NCBI GenBank assembly: GCA_965153355.1
Contig: OZ231126.1
Coordinates: forward strand, 11,284,001-11,348,000
Direction: 5' to 3'
DNA: 64,000 nt
Origin: Flaccisagitta enflata
Lineage: Eukaryota
Positions within the stretch are counted from its first letter, which is position 1. Each line of letters opens with the position of its first letter. The notes below the pieces were generated by a model. It saw nothing but the letters and a program-made list of their open reading frames with translations. It searched no databases and had not been told where the DNA came from. Below are positions 51,564-61,964 of this stretch, one piece after another. The translations under genes and the position numbers were made by a program.

Positions 51564-52310
51564 GGGGTTGGGTAAGAGTGTCGGTAGCGGGGAGGTGGGT
51601 TGGAGGTGGCAGAAGTGGGGTTGGGTAAGAGTGTCGGTAGCGGGGAGGTGGGTTGGAGGTGGCAGAAGTGGGGTTGGGTAAGATTGTCGGTAGCGGGGAG
51701 GTGGGGTGGAGGTGGCAGAAGTGGGGTTGGGTAAGAGTGTTGGCAGCAGGGAAGTGGGGTGGAGGTGGCAGAAGTGGGGTTGGGTAAGAGTGTCGGCAGC
51801 GGGGAGGTGGGATGGAGGCGGCAGCGGGGTGGCGGTGGCAAAAGCGGGGTTTGGAGGTGGCAGAAGTGGGGTTGGGTAAGAGTGTTGGCAGCAGGGAAGT
51901 GGGGTGGAGGTGGCAGAAGTGGGGTTGGGTAAGAGTCGGCAGCGGGTAGGTGGGCTGGAGGCGGCAGAATTGGGATGGACTATGAGTGTCGGCAGCGGGG
52001 AGGTGGGGTGGAGGCGGCAGCGGGGTGGTGGCAGCGGAGCATAGGCAGAAGCAGTGGGGCGGAGGCCGTAGCAATGGAGGCGATGGAAGCGGGGCGTGGG
52101 CGGTGGCAGTGCGGCGGAGGCGGTGGGTCGGATGTGGTGGTGGGGGCGGTGGAAGCGGGGTGGGGGCAGCGGAGTTTGGGCGGGGGCAGTGGGGGCAGCG
52201 GTGGCAGCGAGGCGGGGGCTGCGGTGGCAGCAGGCTGCAGGTGGAGAGGGTGTAAGCAGCGGCGGCAACGTTGGCGGTGGGGCTAGACTTGGCAGCGGTG
52301 GCGGCTGCGG
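51564..52310 (+). repeat. G-rich 53-bp minisatellite decaying into GGC-rich sequence
   Basis: Unit GGGGTTGGGTAAGAGTGTCGGTAGCGGGGAGGTGGGTTGGAGGTGGCAGAAGT starts at 51564, 51617, 51670, 51723 and 51776. Confidence 0.9.
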
Positions 52311-53313
52311 ACTTTCATAGTTTTATCTCCCTGGTCTTTTTATTCCCTTTACCCCCTTTGGTTGGTACTGGACAGGATTATTGGGCATCGAGCGCCACTT
52401 ATCGTTGGCACAACGAATTTTTCATCTGTTCATTTTTCTGCTGTGGGGATTTTTCCCCCCTTTCCTTTTCTTTTTTTTAAACTCTCGCCATGTGACACAG
52501 CTGACGTTTGCCTTTTGTATGTTTTGGAAAGGGTCAGTAAGCAAGCAAGCGGAGGAGGGGAAGGAGAGGGAGGGAGGGAGGGAGGGAGGGAGGAGGAGGA
52601 GAGGGTAGAGGAGGAGAGGGAAGAGGAGGAGAAGGAGGAGTGAGCGAGGGGACCATTTGTCAGTCGAGTTTAAAATACACGCGCGCGCTTGGGCGCAACC
52701 TAAACTCACAAAGGTGAGCGGGCAAAACAAACAGATAAAAAATCCCCCCACCCAAAAAAAAAAGGCTAAAAAAGGCTAAAAAAGGCTGAAAAAAGTAAAC
52801 AAAGAAATGCTAGAATCAGCTTTTGTACATGATTTATAACAAGTCGGTTACAACGTGGCGTGCGTTAGACCTTTCAAAGTAATTTTCTGGCAAAAGTAAA
52901 AGAAAAAAAATGCACAAAAGACACATTGAAACCATTTTGGGGTTTATGCCTCTCTTTAATTTGTGAATGAGAGGCAGGTTATTTTGAAGTCATCTTGAGT
53001 TTCTCATCTCTATTTCCATGACTGTGAGGAAGGTTACTTTGAAGATAAGGCATCTTTGGTTTTTCTTTTCTTTTTTCTATAACTGTGAGGCAGGGTACTT
53101 TGAAGGTAAGGCATCTTGGGTCTCTAATTTGTCTTCTGTTTTTTCTGTGAGAGTGAGGCAGGTTACTTTGAAAGCATTTTGGGGTTCATGCCTCTCTTTA
53201 TAATGTGACTGAGAGGTAGGTTATTTTGAAGTCATCTTGAGTTTCCCCTCCCTTTTTCTGTGACTGTTAGGAAGGCTACTGTGAAGGTAAGGCATCTTGG
53301 GTTTTTCCTTTCT

Positions 53314-53536
53314 TTTTAGTCGCGTGCTACGCGACTCTACACCCGCTTTGTTGGTCCGTCCGTCGGTCCGTCCGTCAGTTGGTCCGTCTGTCGGTCCATC
53401 TGTCCGTCACACTTTACTTTTTCGGCGTTAATGGGTTTTTTGGCCTAACTGCTCCTGCCCAAATGCTCCACTGACCTCAATTATGGCCCCTGCCCACCCG
53501 CACGCGACTGGGGTAGCCGTGTATCCGGCCTTGTTT
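53314..53536 (+). mobile_element. HINE H1 inserted in a T-run without a TSD
   Basis: The flanks rejoin to GTTTTTCCTTTCTTTTTTCTATAG, seen uninterrupted at ~54361. Confidence 0.9.
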
Positions 53537-53682
53537 TCTATAGAGCTCTGTGAGACAGGGTACTTTGAAGGTAAGGCATCTTGGGTCTCTGATTCGTCTT
53601 CTCTTTTTTCTGTGAGTGTGAGGCAGGTTACTTTGAAAGCTTTTTGGGGTTCATACCTCTCTTTATTATGTGACTGAGGTTA

Positions 53683-54292
53683 CCATCTTGGTCAAAAATA
53701 TCGTCTCACCTTTATAGCTAATTTGAGATAAAACTACTTAAAAAACCATATCAAAATCTGTAACCATTGGAAAGGGCTTGAAAAAATCTTCAAAATGCCG
53801 CCAAGCAGAGTTCAGTAGCTCAATTTGTTTAGATTTTAGAGCTAAAAGAGTAAAAAAACATTCACTTCAACAAGAAACAGAAAATATGAAAAAAATAAGG
53901 GGAAAAATATTGACCTGTCTTTTTTCATGTTTTTGAGGCTTATCATGATAAAATCATATATAAATCGGTGACTATTAGAAAGAGCTTCAAAAAATCTGCC
54001 TAATGATACCAAGCAGATTTTTTTAGCTCAAACCGTTTGGATTTTATATAAAAATGAATTTACCTTGGTTTGAAAATACCAATGAAAAAATTCTCTATGA
54101 AAATCAAAGGACTTGTTGTACAAAATTGTTCAAAAATCCTTTATCTATGTCTTCCCAAATGGTTACAAATGATATTTAGTACCTTAAAAGCCCAAACAAA
54201 ACATTGCTACAAAAAAATTAAATCTATTGCAAAAAATAATAGCAACAAATAACGTTATTGTTTTACTGAGACGATATTTTTGACCAAGATGG
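53683..54292. mobile_element. TA-flanked MITE
   Basis: ta|CCATCTTGGTCAAAAATATCGTCTCA ... TGAGACGATATTTTTGACCAAGATGG|ta. The empty site GGTTATTTTGAAGTCATCTTG is present at ~53219. Confidence 0.92.
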
Positions 54293-54580
54293 TATTTTGA
54301 AGTCATCTTGGGTTTTTCTGTGACTGTGAGGAAGGTTACTGTGAAGGTAAGGCATCTTGGGTTTTTCCTTTCTTTTTTCTATAGCTGTAATGTAGGGTAT
54401 TTTGAAGGTGAGGCATCTTGGGTTTTTCCTTTCTTTTTTCTATAGCTGTGAGACAGGGTGCTGTGAAGGTAAGGCATCTTGGGTTTTTAATTTTTCTTCT
54501 CTTTTTTCTGTGACTGTGAGGCTGGTTACTCTAAAAGCATTTTCGGTTTTTTCCTCTCTTTTTTCTGTGACTATAAGGGC

Positions 54581-54888
54581 CAGGGTTTCGGCAAAATTTT
54601 TGGCTGCCTACAAGCAGGATTTTTAACAGGCTTCCTACCTACAATAGAATTGAATAATTTTCAAACGTTTTTGCTATATTCTAGGTTCAGAATTACAAAT
54701 CTTTTTAAAATCCCTGTCAAATCCTACTAATTGGAAACTAAGCAAAACAAAATTTTGATGTTCAGATAAAAAATTTTTTTTTCTCATATTTCCATAATAA
54801 ACTCTTCATACATTTTTCTCTCCTGCCTACAAAATACCTTGCTACCTACAAGCAATGCTCGCGTGGTCGGGCACTTTGCCGCACCTTG
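54581..54888. mobile_element. Probable hAT-type MITE
   Basis: CAGGGTTTCGGCAAA / TTTGCCGCACCTTG ends, subterminal CCTACAA repeats and a partial flanking duplication TAAGGGC. Confidence 0.55.
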
Positions 54889-55302
54889 GACTAAGGGCGA
54901 GAGGCGGGTTGCTTTGAAGTCATTTTGAGGTCTTTTTTCTCTTTTCTTTTTGTGACAGTGAGGCGTGTTACTTTGAAAGCATTCAGGGTTTTTCCTTACT
55001 TTCTTTTTTGTGACTGTGAGGCGGGTTACTTTGACAGCATTTGGGGTTTTTCCTTTCTTTTTTTGTGACTTTGAGGGCATGAGGCAGGTTACTTAGGGCA
55101 TGAGGCAGGTTACTTTGAAAACGTTTTCAGGTTTTTCCTTTCTTTTCTCTGTGACTGCGAGGGCGTGAGGCAGGTGACTTTGTAAGCGTTTTTGGGTTTT
55201 TCCTTTCTTTTTTGTGACTTTGAAAGCGTTTTCGGGGTTTTCCTCTCTTTTTTCTGTGACTGTGAGGGCGTGAGGTAGGTTACTTTGAAAGCGTTTTTGG
55301 GT

Positions 55303-55470
55303 TTTTAGTCGCGGACTAGCGACTCTATAAGAGGCTTTGTCCATCCGTCCGTCCGTCCGTCGGTCGGTTGGTCGGTTGTCCGTGGTGAATGAGTTGGAAA
55401 GTGTGAAAACACGCATTTCCGCCCCTGCCCACCCGTCCGCGACTGGTATTGGCCGTGTATCCGGCCTTGT
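55303..55470 (+). mobile_element. HINE H1 inserted in a T-run
   Basis: TTTTAGTCGCGGACTAGCGACT ... CCGCGACTGGTATTGGCCGTGTATCCGGCCTTGTT. The flanks rejoin to the array unit GGGTTTTTCCTTTCTTTT. Confidence 0.9.
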
Positions 55471-55629
55471 TCCTTTCTTTTTTCTGTGACTGTGAGGGCG
55501 TGAGGCAGGTAACTTAGAAGGCTGGCATCTAATCTCAATGTGAAAGAATCGCTGACGGATTTACTGCTGTTGGAGGAACTCAAGATAAAAGTGGAAAAAG
55601 GAAAACGACCTTGTCAAGGAAAGAAAAGA

Positions 55630-56790
55630 AAGGTGGGAGAAAAAGGAGGGAAAAGTAATGTGAAACAGTCAAGGAAAGAAAAGAAAGGTGGGAAAACTAG
55701 TCATCCAAGGATCGCACATGGTCAGCGGTACCCTATGCCCTGCTTGGGGTGATCAAGTGAAGTAGTGGAGTGAGAGCAGGGCAGCGGCCCCAAATGGCCA
55801 ATGTCCTGTAGGACACAGGGGGGAATTTCCAGACGTCCTTAGGGGGAATATAGCAGGCCTAAGAGGTAATTGAGGCAGGGTTTGAGGTCTGGGGGAAGAT
55901 TTATGCCTGAAGATTAGATTTGAGGTCAGGGGGCAGGCCTTAGGCCTTGGGGGCAGATTTGAGGCCTGGAGGGCTGATTTGGGGCCTGGAATGCTGATTT
56001 GAGGTCTGGAGAGCGGATTTGAGGCCTGGAGAGCTGATTTGATGCCTTGAGAGCTGATTTGAGGCCTGGAGAGCTGATTAGAGGCCTGGAGAGCTGATTT
56101 GAGGCCTGGAGAGCTAATTCGATGGCTTAGAGGGCCTAAATCAGGCCTGAGAGTGAGGATATGAGGCCTCGATGGCCAACCGGGGGGGGGACGGACGGAA
56201 GGACGGACGGACGGACGGACGGACGGACGGACGGACGTCTGGAAATTCCCCCCTGTGTCCTACAGGACATCGGCCCTTTGGGGCCGCTGCCCAAAAAGGA
56301 GGAGGGGAAAGTAATGTGAAACAGTCAAGGAAGGAAAGGTGAGAGGGAAAGGAGGAAAGGAAAGTAATGTGAAGCAGTCAAGGAATGAAAGGTGGGAAAG
56401 AAAGGAGGAAAGGAAAGTGCTGTGAAGCAGTCAAGAAAGGAAAGGTGGGAGAGAAAGGAGGAAGGGAAAGTGCTGTGAAGCAGTCAAGAAAGGAAAGGTG
56501 GGAGAGAAAGGAGGAAGGGAAAGTGCTGTGAAGCAGTCAAGAAAGGAAAGGTGGGAGAGAAAGGAGGAAGGGAAAGTTATGTGAAGGAGGGGGAAAGGGA
56601 AAGTGATGTGGATCAGTCAAGAAAAGAAAAGTGGGATAGAAAGGGGAAAAGTGATGTAAAGAAAATAGAACAGGAAAGTGTTGTGAAGCAGTCCAGAAAA
56701 GAAAGGTGGGGCAAATGGTAGGCAGATAAAATTAAGTGAAGAAGTCTAGGAAAGAGAGGTGAGGTTGACAGAAGGAAGGGAAAGTGATGT
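55630..56790 (+). repeat. Purine-rich 53-bp minisatellite (GGAAAGTGCTGTGAAGCAGTCAAGAAAGGAAAGGTGGGAGAGAAAGGAGGAAG) interrupted by H2-B
   Basis: Units at 56412, 56465 and 56518, with degenerate copies on both sides of the insertion. Confidence 0.85.
55697..56297 (-). mobile_element. HINE family H2-B full-length copy
   Basis: CTAGTCATCCAAGGATCGCA end, ~55-bp inverted repeats (GGGCAGCGGCCCC...GGAATTTCCAGACGTCC), a 21-bp array and a (GGAC)n tract. Inserted in an A/T-run. Confidence 0.9.
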
Positions 56791-57995
56791 AAAAAAGGAA
56801 ACTGGGAAACTTATTTGCCTCTTCAAATCGCATCAAAACGGGAGAAATGGGGGGTAGAGGAAAAGGTAATTGAAGACAGGCAATTGCGAAATTTCTTTCC
56901 ATATCATGCCAAGAAAAACAGAACGAGGAACAAACAAGCGAGGTAAAGACTGAGGGAAAGAAAAAAGTAGGAGAGAAAGAGAGGAAAATGAAGAGAAAAA
57001 GGTCAAAGGAGGAATACTGGAACAGAAAGAAGAGGGAAGCAAATTGACCAAGAAAAGAAAGCAGAAGTAAAAGAAGGACGGGCAAATGAAGGCGAAAACT
57101 CAAAAAAAGAATGGTAGAAAGCGAGAAGAAGTAGCAAGAGCAATTGAAGTAAAGAAAACAGTTGTCACAGTCTTTTGCTTTCCTCTTCATGTCAATATGA
57201 GATAGCCAGATAGGTGAAACGAAAAGAAGGAAGGGTTGTTGAAGTTTGGTAGAAAAGAATAGAAAGTTTGGAGAAAACATGATAGGATTAACGTTAGTGA
57301 ATGGAACGTGAAGTTGATGCAATTCAGCACCTATATTGTGAATACTGTATTATAGCATTTACCTCAATAACGATACAATTCTTGTCGTATTTTCATGTGT
57401 AAGCTAGGCAAACTGACTTAAGATTTGATGAGGGATGCGTTAGCGGTTGACCGCTTCTCATTTCTACATGCCGGATCCCGGGATCCGAGAGTAAGGTAAA
57501 TCTGCCGATAACGGACATAGAATCTTTGTCTAATCATATCATTTCTTCCTCGTTTGATTTCTTACATAAACAGTAACATAGATGAGCATACATTGCATAG
57601 ATATTGGATAACGATAGCTGGTGCCTCCACATCCGGTATCGCGGGGTCCAACTGTACAAATGTCTAACACATTGCGAAATGGAAGCGGAAACAGAAACAA
57701 AAGCGGCGGAAGCAACGAAAAATTCCACCGCTTCCGCATCCTTGGGCGCAAAGGCTTGACGGCTATAGGCGCATTCATATCCGGGAAGGATGGAATTTCA
57801 AAGGGAATAGAAAACGCTTAATGGAAACGGGGAAAATAAATGTATAGAAGGCGGAGGGAAAAGGTTAAGGAGAGCCACATTCATACAATGAGGCATAAAA
57901 TAAGAAGGGTAGGCAAAAATGATGCGGCCTCACACATGGCATATTTGCATGAGGATAACAAAATTGAAAATAGTCAAGGCCTGATTTATCATGCG

Positions 57996-58660
57996 GTTTT
58001 TAGATGCGTCCGTCAGGAACGCATCTCTATAAGAGGGTCTGTCCGTCCGTCCGTCGGTCCGTCGGTCCGTCCGTCACGCCTGTGCAAAAACCGCGTTTCT
58101 CGGCTGTTTTTGGCCACGGTGAGATCCTACACTGAAACAAATGATCAACCAACATGTTTTGAGAGTCTTATCACCCGTCTGTTCGTCCATCAGTCTCTCC
58201 ATACATACAGGGGTAGGAAGGTTAAAATTTTTTTAACTTTTTTTAACTTTTTTTAACTTTTTGTAACTTTTAAAGCAAAGTTAAAAAGTTAAAAAAAGTT
58301 AAAAAACGTTAAAAAAAGTTAAAAAGTTAAAAAAAGTTAAAAAGTTAAAAAATCCGGTTAAAAAGTTAAAAAGTTAAAAAATCTGGTTAAAAAGTTAAAA
58401 AATTCGGTTGAAAAGTTAAGAATTGGTTAAAAAAATTAAAAATTCAGTTAAAAAGTTCAAAAATTGGGTTAAAAAGTTTAAAAATCAGAAAGTTTAAAAA
58501 CTTTCTTATAAAATCCATGCCATCTCATATTTCTTAGTTCATTATATTGACAAAAAATATAGTGACAGCTGTTTAACTTTTTTAATATTTTTTAACTTTT
58601 TTTAACCATTTAACTTTTTAACTTTCTATTTTTTAACTTTTTAACTTTTTTTAACTTATG
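57996..58660. mobile_element. HINE interrupted by a CAGGG-ended (hAT-like) element with dense AAAAGTTAAAA subterminal repeats in both orientations
   Basis: TTTTAGATGCGTCC..GCATCTCTATAAGAGGG start, then CAGGGGTAGGAAGG at ~58208 followed by (TTTTAACT)n/(AAAAGTTA)n. The other end was not located. Confidence 0.6.
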
Positions 58661-59611
58661 GTGATTTCCGGCGGGAGACTCACAGGCCTAAGTTGTATCA
58701 ATAACGCGTATTGTTTATCTATTTTCTGGAAAATTCCCCTCAGTCGTCTGTCAGCAATGACTTCCTATGCAATGAAAAACACATTACTATGATTTCAGTA
58801 AGAAAACTCGACCAGAATAGCATTTTTAGTATCTATTTTACGCTTTAAAGCATGATGGACAGTGCCTAATTTACGTGTAACCTCGTGTAACCAGAGCTGT
58901 TTTTATCAATTTTTGATCTGCGCAGCTTTTTTACAGCCATTTTTCAATTTGGTAGTCTAGATTAGAGGCTGACCGTAGCCTGAAATTAACTTTGTTACTC
59001 ATTTTGTGCACAATGTGCTTCAGAGAACACACCTGAAGTAGTAGAGGGAAATACGCTTTTTTTCTATTAAATTTAACAATGTAATTACTAAGGTTGATAA
59101 AAGGCTTATGATGAATGAGAACCATACAGAAATGAGGCCAGGAAAGGTCTTAGGTGATGTAGTTTGTGTCCATCAAAAAAGAAATACACAGGCATTAACT
59201 GTCTTGGCTCAATGACAAAAAGTTGAATTTCGGACAATTGGTATTTTTCAACAATTTAATTGTCCCATCCATGTCCGGAATGTGTAGTTGATCGCTATTT
59301 TAAAGACGCAGGTGCATAAAGTCCAAATTTTGTCTCCGCTTTTGGTATGAAAGGTAGCGGAATAGAAAAAAGCTAAAAAATCCCTGCCATTGATTCATTT
59401 TTCATCCCCTAAAAGGGAAAAATCGAATTTCGGACAATTGGTATTTTTCAACATTTTGGATGCCAAGGGCAATGCACAGAGAGCCGTGATGGGAAATAAG
59501 TAATGGACCCGACTATCTAAAACCTACTACAATAGTGCTTTTTTCCACTTCTACTAACCCTGTTTCGTTCATATCTGCAAAAAAAATCATTTCGAAATTG
59601 TGTTTAGTATA

Positions 59612-59993
59612 TAAACAAGGCCAACACCTATAAGTCGCGTGCGACACTTTCTGACTTAGAATAAATTAGAATGCCTGTAAGAATGACTTAAAATGACTTT
59701 GAATGACCTAACATGACTTAAAATGACCAACAAGGACTTAAAATGATGGAATGACCTAATGACCAAAAATGACTTAAAGTGACTTAGAGTGACTTAAAAT
59801 GACTTAAAATGACTTAGAATGACCTAGAATGACTTAAAATGCCTTAAAATTATTTAGAATGACTAAAAGTAACTTAAAGAAATAAAAGTGATAAAAAAAG
59901 TAAAGTGTGACCGACCGACCAACCGACCGACCGACCGACCGACCGACCGACGGACAAAGCGGGTTGTAGAGTCGCGTGCACGCGACTAAAAAT
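59612..59993 (-). mobile_element. HINE H1 variant with a 10-bp array (sister of 20219-20583)
   Basis: Same ends and the same (AAAATGACTT)n array. Confidence 0.9.
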
Positions 59994-60434
59994 GATAAAA
60001 ACATTATGTAAAATACATAGAAAATATAGAGATTCACATAAGTTCACCGGTTTTCTAGAGTTGCGCGTTTTGCGCATTGGCGGTAGCTCCTAATCCTCCG
60101 TAGTCGGAATGCGGAGCTAGATCAAATGCGCGCAATTGCGCTTTTGAGTTTAAGCTGAGAACGAGCTTGATTTCTTTTTACCCAATTATACAAATTAGCC
60201 TAAGAGATATTTGTTATTTCCTCTCTTTCATCAAGTATTTTTTTGCCAAGCATAAACTGATGCCATTGGGTGAGCATAAATGCAATTAGAGTGTGCCTTT
60301 TCAAAGCTAATTGTGATTAGGGAGAAATTTCGCATCCTTTTCAGCCTTAAATATGGAAGGATCACTCATATGGAAATTAGCTTTGGGTTTTCCTGGAATT
60401 TCCTTGGGTTAATCAAGTTTTCCTACAGTACTTG

Positions 60435-60830
60435 TTTTAGACTTGTCCTAAAGTTGCCAATGAGGAGTCCTTATATTGTCCTTGTGATGTCCAATAAATG
60501 TCCTAGATTTGTCCTAGAGTTGTCCTCAAGTTGTCTTCAAAGTGTCCTAAAGTTGTCCAAAAGTTGTCCAAAAGTTGTTCTATAACTCTCTCCGAGTTGT
60601 ACGAGTTGTTTTTGTTATCCTAGAGTTGTCCTAGTTGTCTTAGGAATGTCCAAGGAGTTGTCCTAAAGTTGTCAGAATTGTCCTTTAGTTTTTTTTAGTT
60701 GTCCTAGAGGTAGCCTTATTCGTTCTGAGGTTGTCCTAGATTTATCCAGGAATTGTCTTAAAGTTATCCTCAAGTTGTCCAAGAGTTGTTCTGTTGCAAT
60801 GCAACTTGCCCTATAATATTCCTATAGTTT
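60435..60830. repeat. Degenerate 10-11-bp array (AGTTGTCCTAA/G)n
   Basis: Direct reading; it resumes weakly after 61496. Confidence 0.75.
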
Positions 60831-61496
60831 TTGGGCAGCGGCCCCAAAGGGCCGATGTCCTGTAGGACACGGGGGGGGAATTTCCAGATGTCCATCCATA
60901 CGTCCGTACGTCCGTCTATCCGTCCCCCCCACCAAAGCCTCTGAGCGTCATGTTCCCATTGAATAACATGGAAAATTGAAGAAATGCATAATTCCTATTA
61001 TATAACATGGAAAATTGATAAAGAACTAAAAAAAACATGAAATTCCCATTGAATAACATTGAAAATTTAATAGAAGTTAAACAAGGCCAAGTAGGCCAAT
61101 AAGGTGCGACGTGTGGATTGTCGAACGAATGCGTTACCAACCAACAGACGGACACAGCCAGTTATAGAGGTGCTTTGTCGCACCTAAAAACGGGATATCC
61201 CTATTGAATAACATGGAAAATTGACTATCGTTTGAAAAAAATACAAAATTCAGATTGAATAACATGGAAAATTGACAATGAAATGGAAAAAAATTCAATG
61301 TGCTCATTGAGTAACAAGGAAAGTAGCCCCAAGCGCCTCAAATGTGCCTTCTCTGGATGTCTGGAAATTCACCCCTATGTCCTACAGGACATCGGCCCTC
61401 TGGGGCCGCTGCCCTGCTCTTACTCCACTTTTGCAGCTAATCACTCTAAGCAGGGCATCGGGTACCGCTGACCATGTGTGATCCTTGGATGACTAG
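60829..61496 (+). mobile_element. HINE H2-B containing a nested H1-type copy (61079-61190)
   Basis: TTTTGGGCAGCGGCCCCAAAGGGCCG ... GGGGCCGCTGCCC ... CCTTGGATGACTAG|TT. Confidence 0.85.
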
Positions 61497-61964
61497 TTCT
61501 AAAAATGTTCCAATGGTTTTTGCATTGGCTGAGTTGTCCTGAAGTAGGTAGGTACTAAGCTGGTTTTAATGTTTTGCTTAGGTTATCAAGCATTTCTTAG
61601 GTTGTCCTTGAGTTTAGATGGTGGCTGGCTACCCCTACCCACCCATCCCCCACAATATTGTGACCCCGCATCACTTGTTTAGTGTTTTAAGTCCTATGCA
61701 AAGAAATTTGCATAAGGCAGTTTGAAATGTTTTCAAGAAAAAGAATACCAGATCTGCTTGCATTACTATGGAAAACAAAAGTGAGCAATTCCACTATTGT
61801 AACTTTAGCAAATATTTTTTTTGACAACCCATGTGATTGTTTTGATAATGATTTTGTCATTTGTTTTGCCATGAAGAGAAGAAATAGAATTCTTTTATGG
61901 AAATGAACAAAAAAAAAACTGAAATTGGAGGCGGGAGGGGTAGGAGGCACACAAACACTTAGGA

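Larger units (their letters stand above)
52930..55512. repeat. Degenerate ~55-65-bp tandem array (GTGACTGTGAGGCAGGTTACTTTGAAAGCA...) interrupted by four insertions
   Basis: The motif recurs throughout. Insertions at 53314-53536, 53683-54292, 54581-54888 and 55303-55470. Confidence 0.85.

Noticed and set aside
56732..57322. 196-aa hydrophobic 'membrane protein' ORF
   Set aside because: It is the reverse complement of purine-rich low-complexity sequence next to a minisatellite; the F/L/S bias is compositional.
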